Shown piece by piece: positions 6,750 to 14,734 of a stretch of DNA of 20,000 nt. Both the position numbers and the translations under genes were made by a program. Numbering within the stretch: position 1 is the first letter of the stretch; the number at the start of each line of letters is the position of its first letter. The notes under the pieces are model-generated. The model saw only the letters and a program-made list of their open reading frames with translations. It searched no databases and was not told the origin of the DNA. Source of the stretch: an uncultured virus (IMG/VR IMGVR_UViG_3300020049_001346) (taxonomy: Duplodnaviria > Heunggongvirae > Uroviricota > Caudoviricetes); the IMG/VR virus record IMGVR_UViG_3300020049_001346; one strand, given 5' to 3'.

Positions 6750-7079
6750 ATGGCGAAAATTCAAGTGACGTTAGACGCGTCAAAGTTAAGAAACCTGATC
6801 TCTACAAGAAGCTACGAGAGCAAGGACGGTACAAATGTTAATGTACAAGAGGTTAAGTTCGAGTTGGTTGAGGTTAAGGAGCCTAAGCAGATCTTTGCTA
6901 AGGACACAATGAGAATTGTTAAGACGCACTTCGCGTGTGTGATCCAGACCAAGGAGGAGAGAGAGGCAAAGGCCGACACAGTCTACATCGGAGAGGGTTT
7001 CACATCCTATTGGGATGACGCTAAGAAGCCACAGGTAGTGCCTGAAGCTACCGTTGTTCCTGATGGACTACCATTCTAA
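6750..7079 (+). CDS. ssb: phage single-stranded DNA-binding protein (putative)
   Basis: Beta-rich body, C-terminal DGLPF tail, position after Sak and exonuclease. Confidence 0.7.
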   Translation: MAKIQVTLDASKLRNLISTRSYESKDGTNVNVQEVKFELVEVKEPKQIFAKDTMRIVKTHFACVIQTKEEREAKADTVYIGEGFTSYWDDAKKPQVVPEATVVPDGLPF

Positions 7080-7109
7080 AACGGTAGTTTTATTACCATT
7101 TTAATTCAC

Positions 7110-7117
7110 TACCTTTG
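7110..7117 (+). promoter_or_regulatory. Bacteroidota -7 box (TACCTTTG)
   Basis: TAnnTTTG 24 nt upstream of ATG 7142. Confidence 0.6.
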
Positions 7118-7141
7118 TTATTATTAATTAAATATAAATAT

Positions 7142-7678
7142 ATGAATGAGATTTTAACAAAGGTTTGTTTTAAATGTAATTTAGAAAAAAGTGTTTATGA
7201 TTTTTATAAGCACAAACAAATGGGTGATGGATACTTAGGTAAGTGTAAAGAATGTACAAAAAAAGATTCTAAAAAACAATTACAATTAAATATTTCTACT
7301 CCAGAGGGTCTTGAAAAAGAAAGAAAAAGACATAGAGAAAAGTATTTTAGATTAGATTATAGAGAAAAGCATAAGCCTAGTACTGAAAAAAAGAGATCTA
7401 TAATGAATAGATATAATCTAAAGTATCCAGGAAAAAAAATATGTAAATATCTTTCAAGAAATTTAAAACCAACAACAAAAGGAAACGAACTTCATCATTG
7501 GAATTATAATAGAGAATTTGCAAAAGATACAATAGAACTTAGTATTAAAGATCATAATAAAATACATAGGTTTTTAAAGTATGATTCAAATTTATTTATA
7601 TATATTGATGTTAATGGAAACTTATTAGATACTAAGGATAAGCATTTGTCTTTTATTCTTAAATTAATAGATTTATAA
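7142..7678 (+). CDS. second free-standing zinc-finger/HNH-like endonuclease
   Basis: CFKC...FYKHKQMGDGYLGKCKEC N-terminus; C-terminal LHHWNY...L...DHNKIH; AT-rich. Confidence 0.7.
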   Translation: MNEILTKVCFKCNLEKSVYDFYKHKQMGDGYLGKCKECTKKDSKKQLQLNISTPEGLEKERKRHREKYFRLDYREKHKPSTEKKRSIMNRYNLKYPGKKICKYLSRNLKPTTKGNELHHWNYNREFAKDTIELSIKDHNKIHRFLKYDSNLFIYIDVNGNLLDTKDKHLSFILKLIDL

Positions 7679-7682
7679 CTTC

Positions 7683-7813
7683 GGCACTAAACACTAATAA
7701 GTGCCAATAATTAGTTCAGTCTACACAGGCTGGACTTTACTTTGTGTGGTAGGATAGACCCCAATTTATGGGGTCTATTGTTCAGTAAAAGGTAACGTTC
7801 ATTAACAATGAAC
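7683..7813. repeat. cluster of four inverted repeats upstream of the primase
   Basis: GGCACT/AGTGCC(7683-7705); AGTTCAGTCT/AGGCTGGACT(7713-36, with G-T pairs); perfect ATAGACCCCA/TGGGGTCTAT(7754-78); GTTCATT/AATGAAC(7797-7813). Confidence 0.7.
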
Positions 7814-7831
7814 ATCGATAAAAAATGAACT

Positions 7832-10228
7832 ATGATAACAATATTTTCAAACATAAAGAGCACAGACACACCGTTCTTCAGGGGTATAGGTGTGGTTCTA
7901 CAGAGGATCAAGGACGGATCCTCAAGGGACAAGGTCGAGGCGATCCGCACCGAGTCAGACAAGGAGAGGAGGAACCTACTCAAGAGGGATCTGCCTTCGG
8001 TGTGCTTCTCGGGTACCTTCAACAAGCGTGAAGACAAGGCCATCGTAGACCACAGTGGTTTTATATGCCTTGACTTCGACGGTTACGAGACAGAGGATGA
8101 CCTACTAGCAGACAAAGTAAGGCTATCAGAGGATGCTCACAGTTACTCAGTGTTCGTGTCTCCATCAGGTAACGGACTAAAGGTAATCGTGAAGATACCT
8201 AAGGACATAGACAACCACAAGAACTACTTCAACTCACTAGAGAAGCACTTCGACTCCAAGTACTTCGACACCACGTCCAAGAACATATCTAGGGTTTGCT
8301 ACGAGTCGTACGACCCAGAGATATACATAAACGTGGACTCTAGGTTATGGGACAAGTTGGAGGAGGTGGAGTACGTTGAGTTAGACAGGTCTAGCAGTGT
8401 AACAACCATACCTATAACAAACGACAACAAGGTTGTAGAGATACTGATGAGGTGGTGGTCAAAGAACTACCCGATGGTTGACGGCAAGAGAAACAACAAC
8501 ATGTTTATATTGGCCTCAGCCTTAAACGATTACGGCGTGAACAAGTCACTGTCTGAGTACGTGATGAGTCAGTTCGTCAGTCAGAAGCACCCGATGTCTG
8601 AGATACAGACCATCATAAACTCTGCGTATAAGAACACGGGATCGTTCGGATCCAAGTACTTCGAGGACGACGACATGATCAATCAGGTTCGTCAGAAGAT
8701 CAAGAGGGGAGTGTCCAAGAAGGAGATCAAGTCAGACCTGTCGGAGACCAACCTACCTAGCTTCACGATAGACTCTGTGATAGACTCTATAGACAAGGAC
8801 GAGTCGGTCAACAAGTTCTGGAGCAAGTCGGACAAGGGATCCATAAGCATCGTGCACTACATGTTCAGAGACTTCTTGGAGGACAACGGGTTTTACAAGT
8901 ACATGCCCGTTGGAAACAAGAGTTTTATATTCGTGCGTGTTACGAATAACCTGATAGACCACACGTCAGAGGACGAGATCAAGGACTTCGTTCTCAACTA
9001 CCTACAGAATGTGGACGACCTGTCTGTGTACAACTTCTTCGCTGACAAGACTAGGTTCTTCAAGGAGGACTTCCTGTCGCTACTGTCATCGGTTGACGTG
9101 CACTTCATGGAGGACGACAAGAACAACGCGTACCTTTACTACACGAACTGTGCGGTAAACATCACCAAGAACACCATAAGTATTATAGATTACCTAGATC
9201 TGGGTGGGTACATATGGAAGGATCAGGTGATAGACAGGGAGTTCGACCTGTGCGAGGTAGAGGACTGCGACTTCAAGACATTCATTTCAAACATATCGGA
9301 CGATGATACAGTTAGGATTAACTCGGTTGAGAGTACTATTGGGTTCCTTCTGCACGGATATAAGAATCTATCTTACTGTCCTGCGGTCATTCTAAATGAC
9401 GAGGTCATAACGGACAACCCAGAGGGAGGAACAGGAAAGGGACTGTTCACCAACGCGATATCGCAGATGAAGAAGCTAGCATTCATAGATGGAAAGAGTA
9501 TCAACTTTGACAGTGGTTTCCCGTTTCAGACGGTATCGGTTGATACTCAGGTGCTAGCGTTTGATGATGTTAAGAAGCACTTCAACTTCGAGAGGCTGTT
9601 CTCGATCATCACAGAGGGTATCACCCTAGAGAGGAAGAACCAACAGGCCATGCACATACCATTCAACAAGTCACCTAAGATCATCATCACGACCAACTAC
9701 GCCATCAAGGGTAAGGGTAACTCGTTCGAGAGACGTAAGTGGGAGTTGGAGTTCAAGCAGTTCTACACCAAGGAGTTCACTCCACAGGTTGAGTTCGGCA
9801 GGCTACTGTTCACGGAATGGGACGAGCACGAGTGGTGCAGGTTCGACAACTACATGATCAAGAGCCTTCAGAGGTATCTCACATCAGGCCTACTCAAGAG
9901 CGAGTTCGTCAACCTTAAGATCCGTAAGCTATCTGCAGACACATGCCACGAGTTTATCGACTGGTGTGGCCTAATCAACGGTGAGGCACACAGCGACAAG
10001 CTGGTACTGGGTGAGGTGATATACAAGCAGGATCTGTACATAGACTTCATTCAGGACAACCCAGACTTCCAACCAAAGGCCAAGAGGACTATATCCAGGA
10101 CAGAGTTCTATAACTGGCTGATCTCCTACGGGATATACATATCAGGTGTCAAGCCTATAGAGGGTAGGAGCAGTACAGGAATGTGGATTAAATTCGTTGG
10201 CAAGGATGAAGACAGCATATTATTTTAA
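7832..10228 (+). CDS. primase-helicase: BT4734/VirE-N AEP primase + PriCT-1 + SF3 helicase
   Basis: LPSVCFSGTF, GFICLDFD, SPSGNGLK; GKRNNNMFILA; Walker A GGTGKG, Walker B LAFDD, motif C IIITTN. Confidence 0.9.
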   Translation: MITIFSNIKSTDTPFFRGIGVVLQRIKDGSSRDKVEAIRTESDKERRNLLKRDLPSVCFSGTFNKREDKAIVDHSGFICLDFDGYETEDDLLADKVRLSEDAHSYSVFVSPSGNGLKVIVKIPKDIDNHKNYFNSLEKHFDSKYFDTTSKNISRVCYESYDPEIYINVDSRLWDKLEEVEYVELDRSSSVTTIPITNDNKVVEILMRWWSKNYPMVDGKRNNNMFILASALNDYGVNKSLSEYVMSQFVSQKHPMSEIQTIINSAYKNTGSFGSKYFEDDDMINQVRQKIKRGVSKKEIKSDLSETNLPSFTIDSVIDSIDKDESVNKFWSKSDKGSISIVHYMFRDFLEDNGFYKYMPVGNKSFIFVRVTNNLIDHTSEDEIKDFVLNYLQNVDDLSVYNFFADKTRFFKEDFLSLLSSVDVHFMEDDKNNAYLYYTNCAVNITKNTISIIDYLDLGGYIWKDQVIDREFDLCEVEDCDFKTFISNISDDDTVRINSVESTIGFLLHGYKNLSYCPAVILNDEVITDNPEGGTGKGLFTNAISQMKKLAFIDGKSINFDSGFPFQTVSVDTQVLAFDDVKKHFNFERLFSIITEGITLERKNQQAMHIPFNKSPKIIITTNYAIKGKGNSFERRKWELEFKQFYTKEFTPQVEFGRLLFTEWDEHEWCRFDNYMIKSLQRYLTSGLLKSEFVNLKIRKLSADTCHEFIDWCGLINGEAHSDKLVLGEVIYKQDLYIDFIQDNPDFQPKAKRTISRTEFYNWLISYGIYISGVKPIEGRSSTGMWIKFVGKDEDSILF

Positions 10229-10490
10229 GTGGTGCATAGAGAATGACTTTCAGGTTTACATCAAGCCTGAGAGTTATTACTATAAGATAGCGATCCGTAA
10301 GGGTGGCATCACATCAAACGGCAAGGACTTCTACTACGACAGAGATACTGGGATGGAGTACTACAGTAACGAGAGGACAGGCTCGGTTAGATACAAGAGT
10401 GTTGACATGGCGTCAGCAAAGTTACACGATGTTTATAAGTACCTATATGAAGAAAACACTAAGGGATTACCAGTCAGACCTAGCAGGTAA
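10206..10490 (+). CDS. hypothetical protein
   Basis: ORF between primase and helicase; start MKTAYY. Confidence 0.7.
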   Translation: MKTAYYFKWCIENDFQVYIKPESYYYKIAIRKGGITSNGKDFYYDRDTGMEYYSNERTGSVRYKSVDMASAKLHDVYKYLYEENTKGLPVRPSR

Positions 10491-11673
10491 GGGGGTCAAG
10501 ATACTAAGGGACAAGGGTCTAGTATACCTGTGCATGAGCGTAAGGACGGGCAAGACCGCCACGTCAATGCAGATAGCCAAGTTGTACGGAGCAGACAAGG
10601 TTCTGTTCCTGACAAAGAAGAAGGCCATGGGCGACATACTAAGTGACTACCTAGACTTCGGGTTCAACTTCTCGATAGAGATCATGAACGACGAGTCTAT
10701 GCACAAGTGCCTTGGTCAGTACGACCTTGTTATACACGACGAGCACCACAGGTTCGGAGCCATACCTAAACCTGGAAAGGCCACCAAGACATTCAAGAGG
10801 ATGTTCGGCCACCTGCCGATGGTGTTCCTGTCGGGTACCCCGAGCCCAGAGAACTACAGCCAGCTGTTCCATCAGTACTGGGTATCGCACAGTAGCCCAT
10901 TCAAGAGCTACGTGAACTTCTACAAGTGGGCAAAGGACTACGTGATACCTGGCACCAAGTACACGAGCTACGGGCCTGCACCAGACTACTCCAACGCCAA
11001 GATCGACCTAGTCATGAGTGTGATAGAGACGTACGTTCTAACGTACACGCAGGAGCAGGCAGGCTTTGTATCTGAGATTGAGGAGGAGGTTCTGACAGTT
11101 GACATGAAGCCGTCCACGTACAACCTAGCGAGCAGGCTCAAGAGAGACCTAGTGGTACAGGGTAAGGAGGAGGTCATACTGGCAGACACGGGGGTTAAGT
11201 TGATGCAGAAGCTACACCAGATCTACTCAGGCACGATCAAGTTCGAGTCTGGTAGCAGGATGGTGATAGATGATAGCAAGGCTCTCCATATAATGGAGAA
11301 GTTCAAACATACCAAGATCGGAATATTTTATAAGTTTGTTGCTGAGTTGGATGCACTACGTCAAGTATACGGTGCAGAAAACTTGACAACTGACTTAGAG
11401 GAGTTCAACACCACAGACAAGTCCATAGCGCTACAGATCGTATCTGGTAGGGAGGGGATAAGTTTGAGGAATGCTGAGTTCATAGTGTTCTACAACATAG
11501 ACTTCTCGGCCACGAGTTACTGGCAGGCGAGGGATCGTATGACCACAATGGAGCGTAAGTTCAACAAGGTGTACTGGGTGTTCTCTAAGGGAGGAATAGA
11601 GCAGGACATATACAAGCAGGTACTTAAGAAAAAGAATTTCACATTATCACACTTTAAAATATGTACAGAGTAA
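10447..11673 (+). CDS. SF2 (SNF2/ResIII-like) DNA helicase
   Basis: LRDYQ Q-motif, RTGKT, DEHH, LSGTP, EGISL, QARDR. Confidence 0.9.
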   Translation: MKKTLRDYQSDLAGKGVKILRDKGLVYLCMSVRTGKTATSMQIAKLYGADKVLFLTKKKAMGDILSDYLDFGFNFSIEIMNDESMHKCLGQYDLVIHDEHHRFGAIPKPGKATKTFKRMFGHLPMVFLSGTPSPENYSQLFHQYWVSHSSPFKSYVNFYKWAKDYVIPGTKYTSYGPAPDYSNAKIDLVMSVIETYVLTYTQEQAGFVSEIEEEVLTVDMKPSTYNLASRLKRDLVVQGKEEVILADTGVKLMQKLHQIYSGTIKFESGSRMVIDDSKALHIMEKFKHTKIGIFYKFVAELDALRQVYGAENLTTDLEEFNTTDKSIALQIVSGREGISLRNAEFIVFYNIDFSATSYWQARDRMTTMERKFNKVYWVFSKGGIEQDIYKQVLKKKNFTLSHFKICTE

Positions 11674-11855
11674 AAGAAGTTAACGGAAAGTTTGTGCCTC
11701 AGGTAGGCAATTGGTTTAAGGGATACAGACCAATAGATAGAAAGAGTTCATATCTTTGGACAGATAATTATGAAGTATACTGCGAGTTAGATACACTACA
11801 AGAAGCCTTAGATAGAATTGAAAAGTATAAAATTAAATACCACAAAGTAAAATGA
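11661..11855 (+). CDS. hypothetical protein
   Basis: 64-aa ORF starting an AT-rich island. Confidence 0.7.
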   Translation: MYRVKEVNGKFVPQVGNWFKGYRPIDRKSSYLWTDNYEVYCELDTLQEALDRIEKYKIKYHKVK

Positions 11856-12061
11856 CATTAAAAGATAAATTTCAACAATGGTTCATCAATGATGAAGAAG
11901 ATGAACATTATGAAGGAATGGTAGAACTCGTATCTATCGAACATGAAAAAATAGCAGATGAATTTGCTATTGGATTTGGAGAATTTATGCTTACAAAAGT
12001 ATTTGTAAAAAAATCAGTAACAGAATTATTAGAAATTTATAAAAAAGAAAAAGGATTATGA
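11852..12061 (+). CDS. small hypothetical protein (IADEFAIGF...ELLEIYKKEKGL type)
   Basis: AT-rich, ATGA-coupled at both ends. Confidence 0.75.
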   Translation: MTLKDKFQQWFINDEEDEHYEGMVELVSIEHEKIADEFAIGFGEFMLTKVFVKKSVTELLEIYKKEKGL

Positions 12062-12231
12062 CACCAAAAGAAAAAGCACAAGAGTTAATTGATAAATATG
12101 ATTCAATTTTAACTTATAAATCCAAACAATGTGCATTAGTAGCAGTTGATGAAGTTAGAAATAATTTACCATTAATATCAGATATACAACAATATTGGAT
12201 TGAAGTTAAACGAGAAATAGAGAAATTATGA
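12058..12231 (+). CDS. small hypothetical protein (MTPKEKAQEL...QCALVAVDE...YWIEVKREIEKL)
   Basis: Read by hand, 57 aa, ATGA-coupled. Confidence 0.75.
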   Translation: MTPKEKAQELIDKYDSILTYKSKQCALVAVDEVRNNLPLISDIQQYWIEVKREIEKL

Positions 12232-12362
12232 AACAAAAAATAATAAATAAAATGAATGAGGGACAGGAAGAAGATGTACCCTTGTACACGTGGGAGACAA
12301 TACCTAACAACTTAAAACAATTTTGGAAGCAATGGCTAGTAGATTTCAAACAAAGACAATAG
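12228..12362 (+). CDS. hypothetical protein (44 aa)
   Basis: Read by hand; ATGA-coupled. Confidence 0.5.
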   Translation: MKQKIINKMNEGQEEDVPLYTWETIPNNLKQFWKQWLVDFKQRQ

Positions 12363-12601
12363 CAAGGTTCAAGTCCGATGGATGGATCGTGCTGAACACA
12401 ATCAAGCTGAGCGATAGCGGTTACCCAGACCTGATCTGTCTCAAGGACGGTAAGACTGTATTCATAGAGTGCAAGGAGGATGGTGACACACTGAAGCCAC
12501 TACAGGAGTACAGAATAGATGAACTAATATCCCAAGGCTTCGAGGCTTACTGCCTGCACGCAACCAAGGGACAAATATATCCACCATGTACACAACAGTA
12601 G
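12332..12601 (+). CDS. VRR-NUC domain nuclease (putative junction resolvase)
   Basis: GYPDLICL...VFIECK...LKPLQ...IDEL..QGF motif. Confidence 0.85.
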   Translation: MASRFQTKTIARFKSDGWIVLNTIKLSDSGYPDLICLKDGKTVFIECKEDGDTLKPLQEYRIDELISQGFEAYCLHATKGQIYPPCTQQ

Positions 12602-12942
12602 AGGCATGCAAGGAGATAAACATGAAGACAGACGCGTTCAGAAAGAGGGCTAAATTAATTGGCCTTGTTGCTATGAGAGAGTCAGGCGTGTTCATGTGGA
12701 ACGACAAGCAGATAGATGCCATACAGAAGTACAAGAGGACGATGTCCACGAACTACTTCAGGTACTCTAAGAAGAAGATAAGCATCGTAGACTTCTACCT
12801 GACGCACAGGTACAACACACAGTCAGAGATCGCCAGTGCCATGGACATAAGCGTGACAAACGTAAATACAGCACTCAACGAGTACCTAGAGACAGGGTGT
12901 GTGGTAGTGGCATCGAGGATGAATGTTGATAACTTTTTTTAA
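12586..12942 (+). CDS. putative HTH DNA-binding protein
   Basis: YTTVEACKEINM N-terminal and TQSEIASAMDISVTNVNTAL C-terminal HTH-like patterns. Confidence 0.6.
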   Translation: MYTTVEACKEINMKTDAFRKRAKLIGLVAMRESGVFMWNDKQIDAIQKYKRTMSTNYFRYSKKKISIVDFYLTHRYNTQSEIASAMDISVTNVNTALNEYLETGCVVVASRMNVDNFF

Positions 12943-12961
12943 TAGTAAGTACGTTAATTTA

Positions 12962-12969
12962 TACATTTG
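12962..12969 (+). promoter_or_regulatory. Bacteroidota -7 box (TACATTTG)
   Basis: TAnnTTTG in short intergenic gap before ATG 12983. Confidence 0.5.
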
Positions 12970-12982
12970 ATAAAAAAACAAT

Positions 12983-13141
12983 ATGGAATATGTGAATAAG
13001 ACAATGTTATCTATTAATAATCTGACGGATGACATATACGAGGGCTTAGCGGACAAGGACTACGTTGCGCTAAACAAGACAATAGCTGAGCTAGTTGCAC
13101 TGCTAAAGGAGATCCAGACCTCAATGAAGACCGAACTGTGA
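12983..13141 (+). CDS. hypothetical helical protein (52 aa)
   Basis: Read by hand; GTGA overlap with next ORF. Confidence 0.65.
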   Translation: MEYVNKTMLSINNLTDDIYEGLADKDYVALNKTIAELVALLKEIQTSMKTEL

Positions 13142-13515
13142 GACAGCTAGTGTACAACTCAGTTACGTGCCTCAGCTGTAAGGAGGTGCTTGTGTCACAC
13201 CACAGGCACGACTACAAGACGTGCGGCTGCGACAACCAGACGATGGTTGACGGAGGAACAGCGTACTCAAGGTACGGTGGTTTAGACCTAAAGAAGGTGA
13301 AACCATTCTTTGTTCACGACGACGATCCATACGAGGAGGTACGAGAGTACGCCGAGAGGGGTGGACGCGGTAAGGACGGGACAGAGCCACTTACATGGGT
13401 GAAGTTGAAGGACATGGACGAGGACTGGCTGTATGCCATACTTGACTACGGAGGCCCAGAGTGGCACATAAATTTAATCAAAAAAGAAATAGACTACAGG
13501 AATGATAATAACTGA
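13138..13515 (+). CDS. phage zinc-binding protein
   Basis: CLSC...S.HRHDYKTCGC...VDGG..Y.R motif. Confidence 0.75.
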   Translation: MRQLVYNSVTCLSCKEVLVSHHRHDYKTCGCDNQTMVDGGTAYSRYGGLDLKKVKPFFVHDDDPYEEVREYAERGGRGKDGTEPLTWVKLKDMDEDWLYAILDYGGPEWHINLIKKEIDYRNDNN

Positions 13516-13590
13516 TAAATGTCCTAATCGTCACCTTACAGAAGGATTCATAAGATGTGATGCGAAACACAAAAAAGTAACAATACTATT

Positions 13591-13818
13591 ATGAAAATAG
13601 ATAAATTAATAGAATTATTAGATGTTGAAGAAGCTATTATAATAGTCAACAAGAAAACTATAGATTCATTTTTTGACAATACAGAAGGTATAAGTGGTGG
13701 ATCTGCTACTTTTGATATGCCAATACACATGGGTGCAAGAGGAATATATAGAAATGGGGTAAACATATATTTTATAGATCAAGAAGATTTAGAAGATATA
13801 AAATTTAAAAAATTATGA
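13591..13818 (+). CDS. hypothetical protein
   Basis: AT-rich 75-aa ORF ending KFKKL. Confidence 0.7.
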   Translation: MKIDKLIELLDVEEAIIIVNKKTIDSFFDNTEGISGGSATFDMPIHMGARGIYRNGVNIYFIDQEDLEDIKFKKL

Positions 13819-14084
13819 TAACAACAACGACGACTAAGGACATAGTGGTGAACGGCCACAAGATAATCAACCCAACCGTCGACACGGTGGTAAGGGCAGT
13901 TAGAAAGGATCTGTTAGACAGATCAAACCTTGGAATAAACAAGTACAACAACACGTTAGACAGGACAGACATAGACCTGAAGGGCTGGCTACAGCATGCG
14001 TACGAGGAGTGCCTAGACCAGGCCAACTATCTAAAGAGAAGTATAATCGAAATAGAGAGAAATGAAAGAGCACAAGATAAGTAA
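13815..14084 (+). CDS. putative all-alpha NTP pyrophosphohydrolase (MazG-like fold)
   Basis: R...GINKYNNTLDR.D...WLQHAYEECLDQANYL, with EExxD metal motif. Confidence 0.55.
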   Translation: MITTTTTKDIVVNGHKIINPTVDTVVRAVRKDLLDRSNLGINKYNNTLDRTDIDLKGWLQHAYEECLDQANYLKRSIIEIERNERAQDK

Positions 14085-14190
14085 GAAGCAGAGGATACTC
14101 ATAGTGATGAAGTACCTGTACTCACGAGGAGCCAACAAGGAGTCTGTCAACGAGGTATACAGAAAGATAATCTGCAAGGCTAATGATTAG
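14062..14190 (+). CDS. hypothetical protein (42 aa)
   Basis: Read by hand; fills gap. Confidence 0.55.
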   Translation: MKEHKISKKQRILIVMKYLYSRGANKESVNEVYRKIICKAND

Positions 14191-14734
14191 TGTAGTAGAC
14201 AACTTCCTTCCAGAGGATGAGTTCAAGTCGTTGCAGGAGTACTGCGACAACAACCTGTTTGAGATAGTTAACTTTTCAGGCAAGTCGTTCTCAGTCCTGA
14301 CTCCACCAAGTAGCATATACAACTACCTGCACATGGACGGTTACGAGATGGTATTGTCATTTGTCAGGAGCGCATACAAGGGGTTCGACACGAGCCTATG
14401 GATACACGCTGACGACATAGTGCAGGGAAAGAAGATAGACATAGCCTCTGTGCTGTATATCAACGACGATGAGGATGTGACCGAGAACGGAACAGCGTTC
14501 TGGAAGCACTACGTGTACGGAAGAACCTTACCAAAGGACTGCACGAACTCAGACTTTGATAAGATACTACTTGAGGATGCCGATAACAGATCCAGTTGGT
14601 TAAAGAAGGACTACATATCGTCAAGGCCGAACAGGATGCTGACTTATGATGCAGATTACTTCCACTCAAAGTATCCAGAGGAGATCACTGAGGGAATAAG
14701 AAAAGTTTTAGTAACATTTTACACAAAGATATAA
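14183..14734 (+). CDS. 2OG-Fe(II) oxygenase (DUF6445-like)
   Basis: VVDNFL, WIHAD (HxD), ASVLYI, GTAFW, NRML.YD..YFHS, RKVLVTF. Confidence 0.8.
   Translation: MISVVDNFLPEDEFKSLQEYCDNNLFEIVNFSGKSFSVLTPPSSIYNYLHMDGYEMVLSFVRSAYKGFDTSLWIHADDIVQGKKIDIASVLYINDDEDVTENGTAFWKHYVYGRTLPKDCTNSDFDKILLEDADNRSSWLKKDYISSRPNRMLTYDADYFHSKYPEEITEGIRKVLVTFYTKI

Noticed and set aside
10303..10446. N-terminal extension of the SF2 helicase
   Set aside because: Overlaps the 10206-10490 gene; the Q-motif begins right after ATG 10447.
13502..13594. 30-aa ORF MIITDKCPNRH...
   Set aside because: Plausible by tiling but too short to support without homology.
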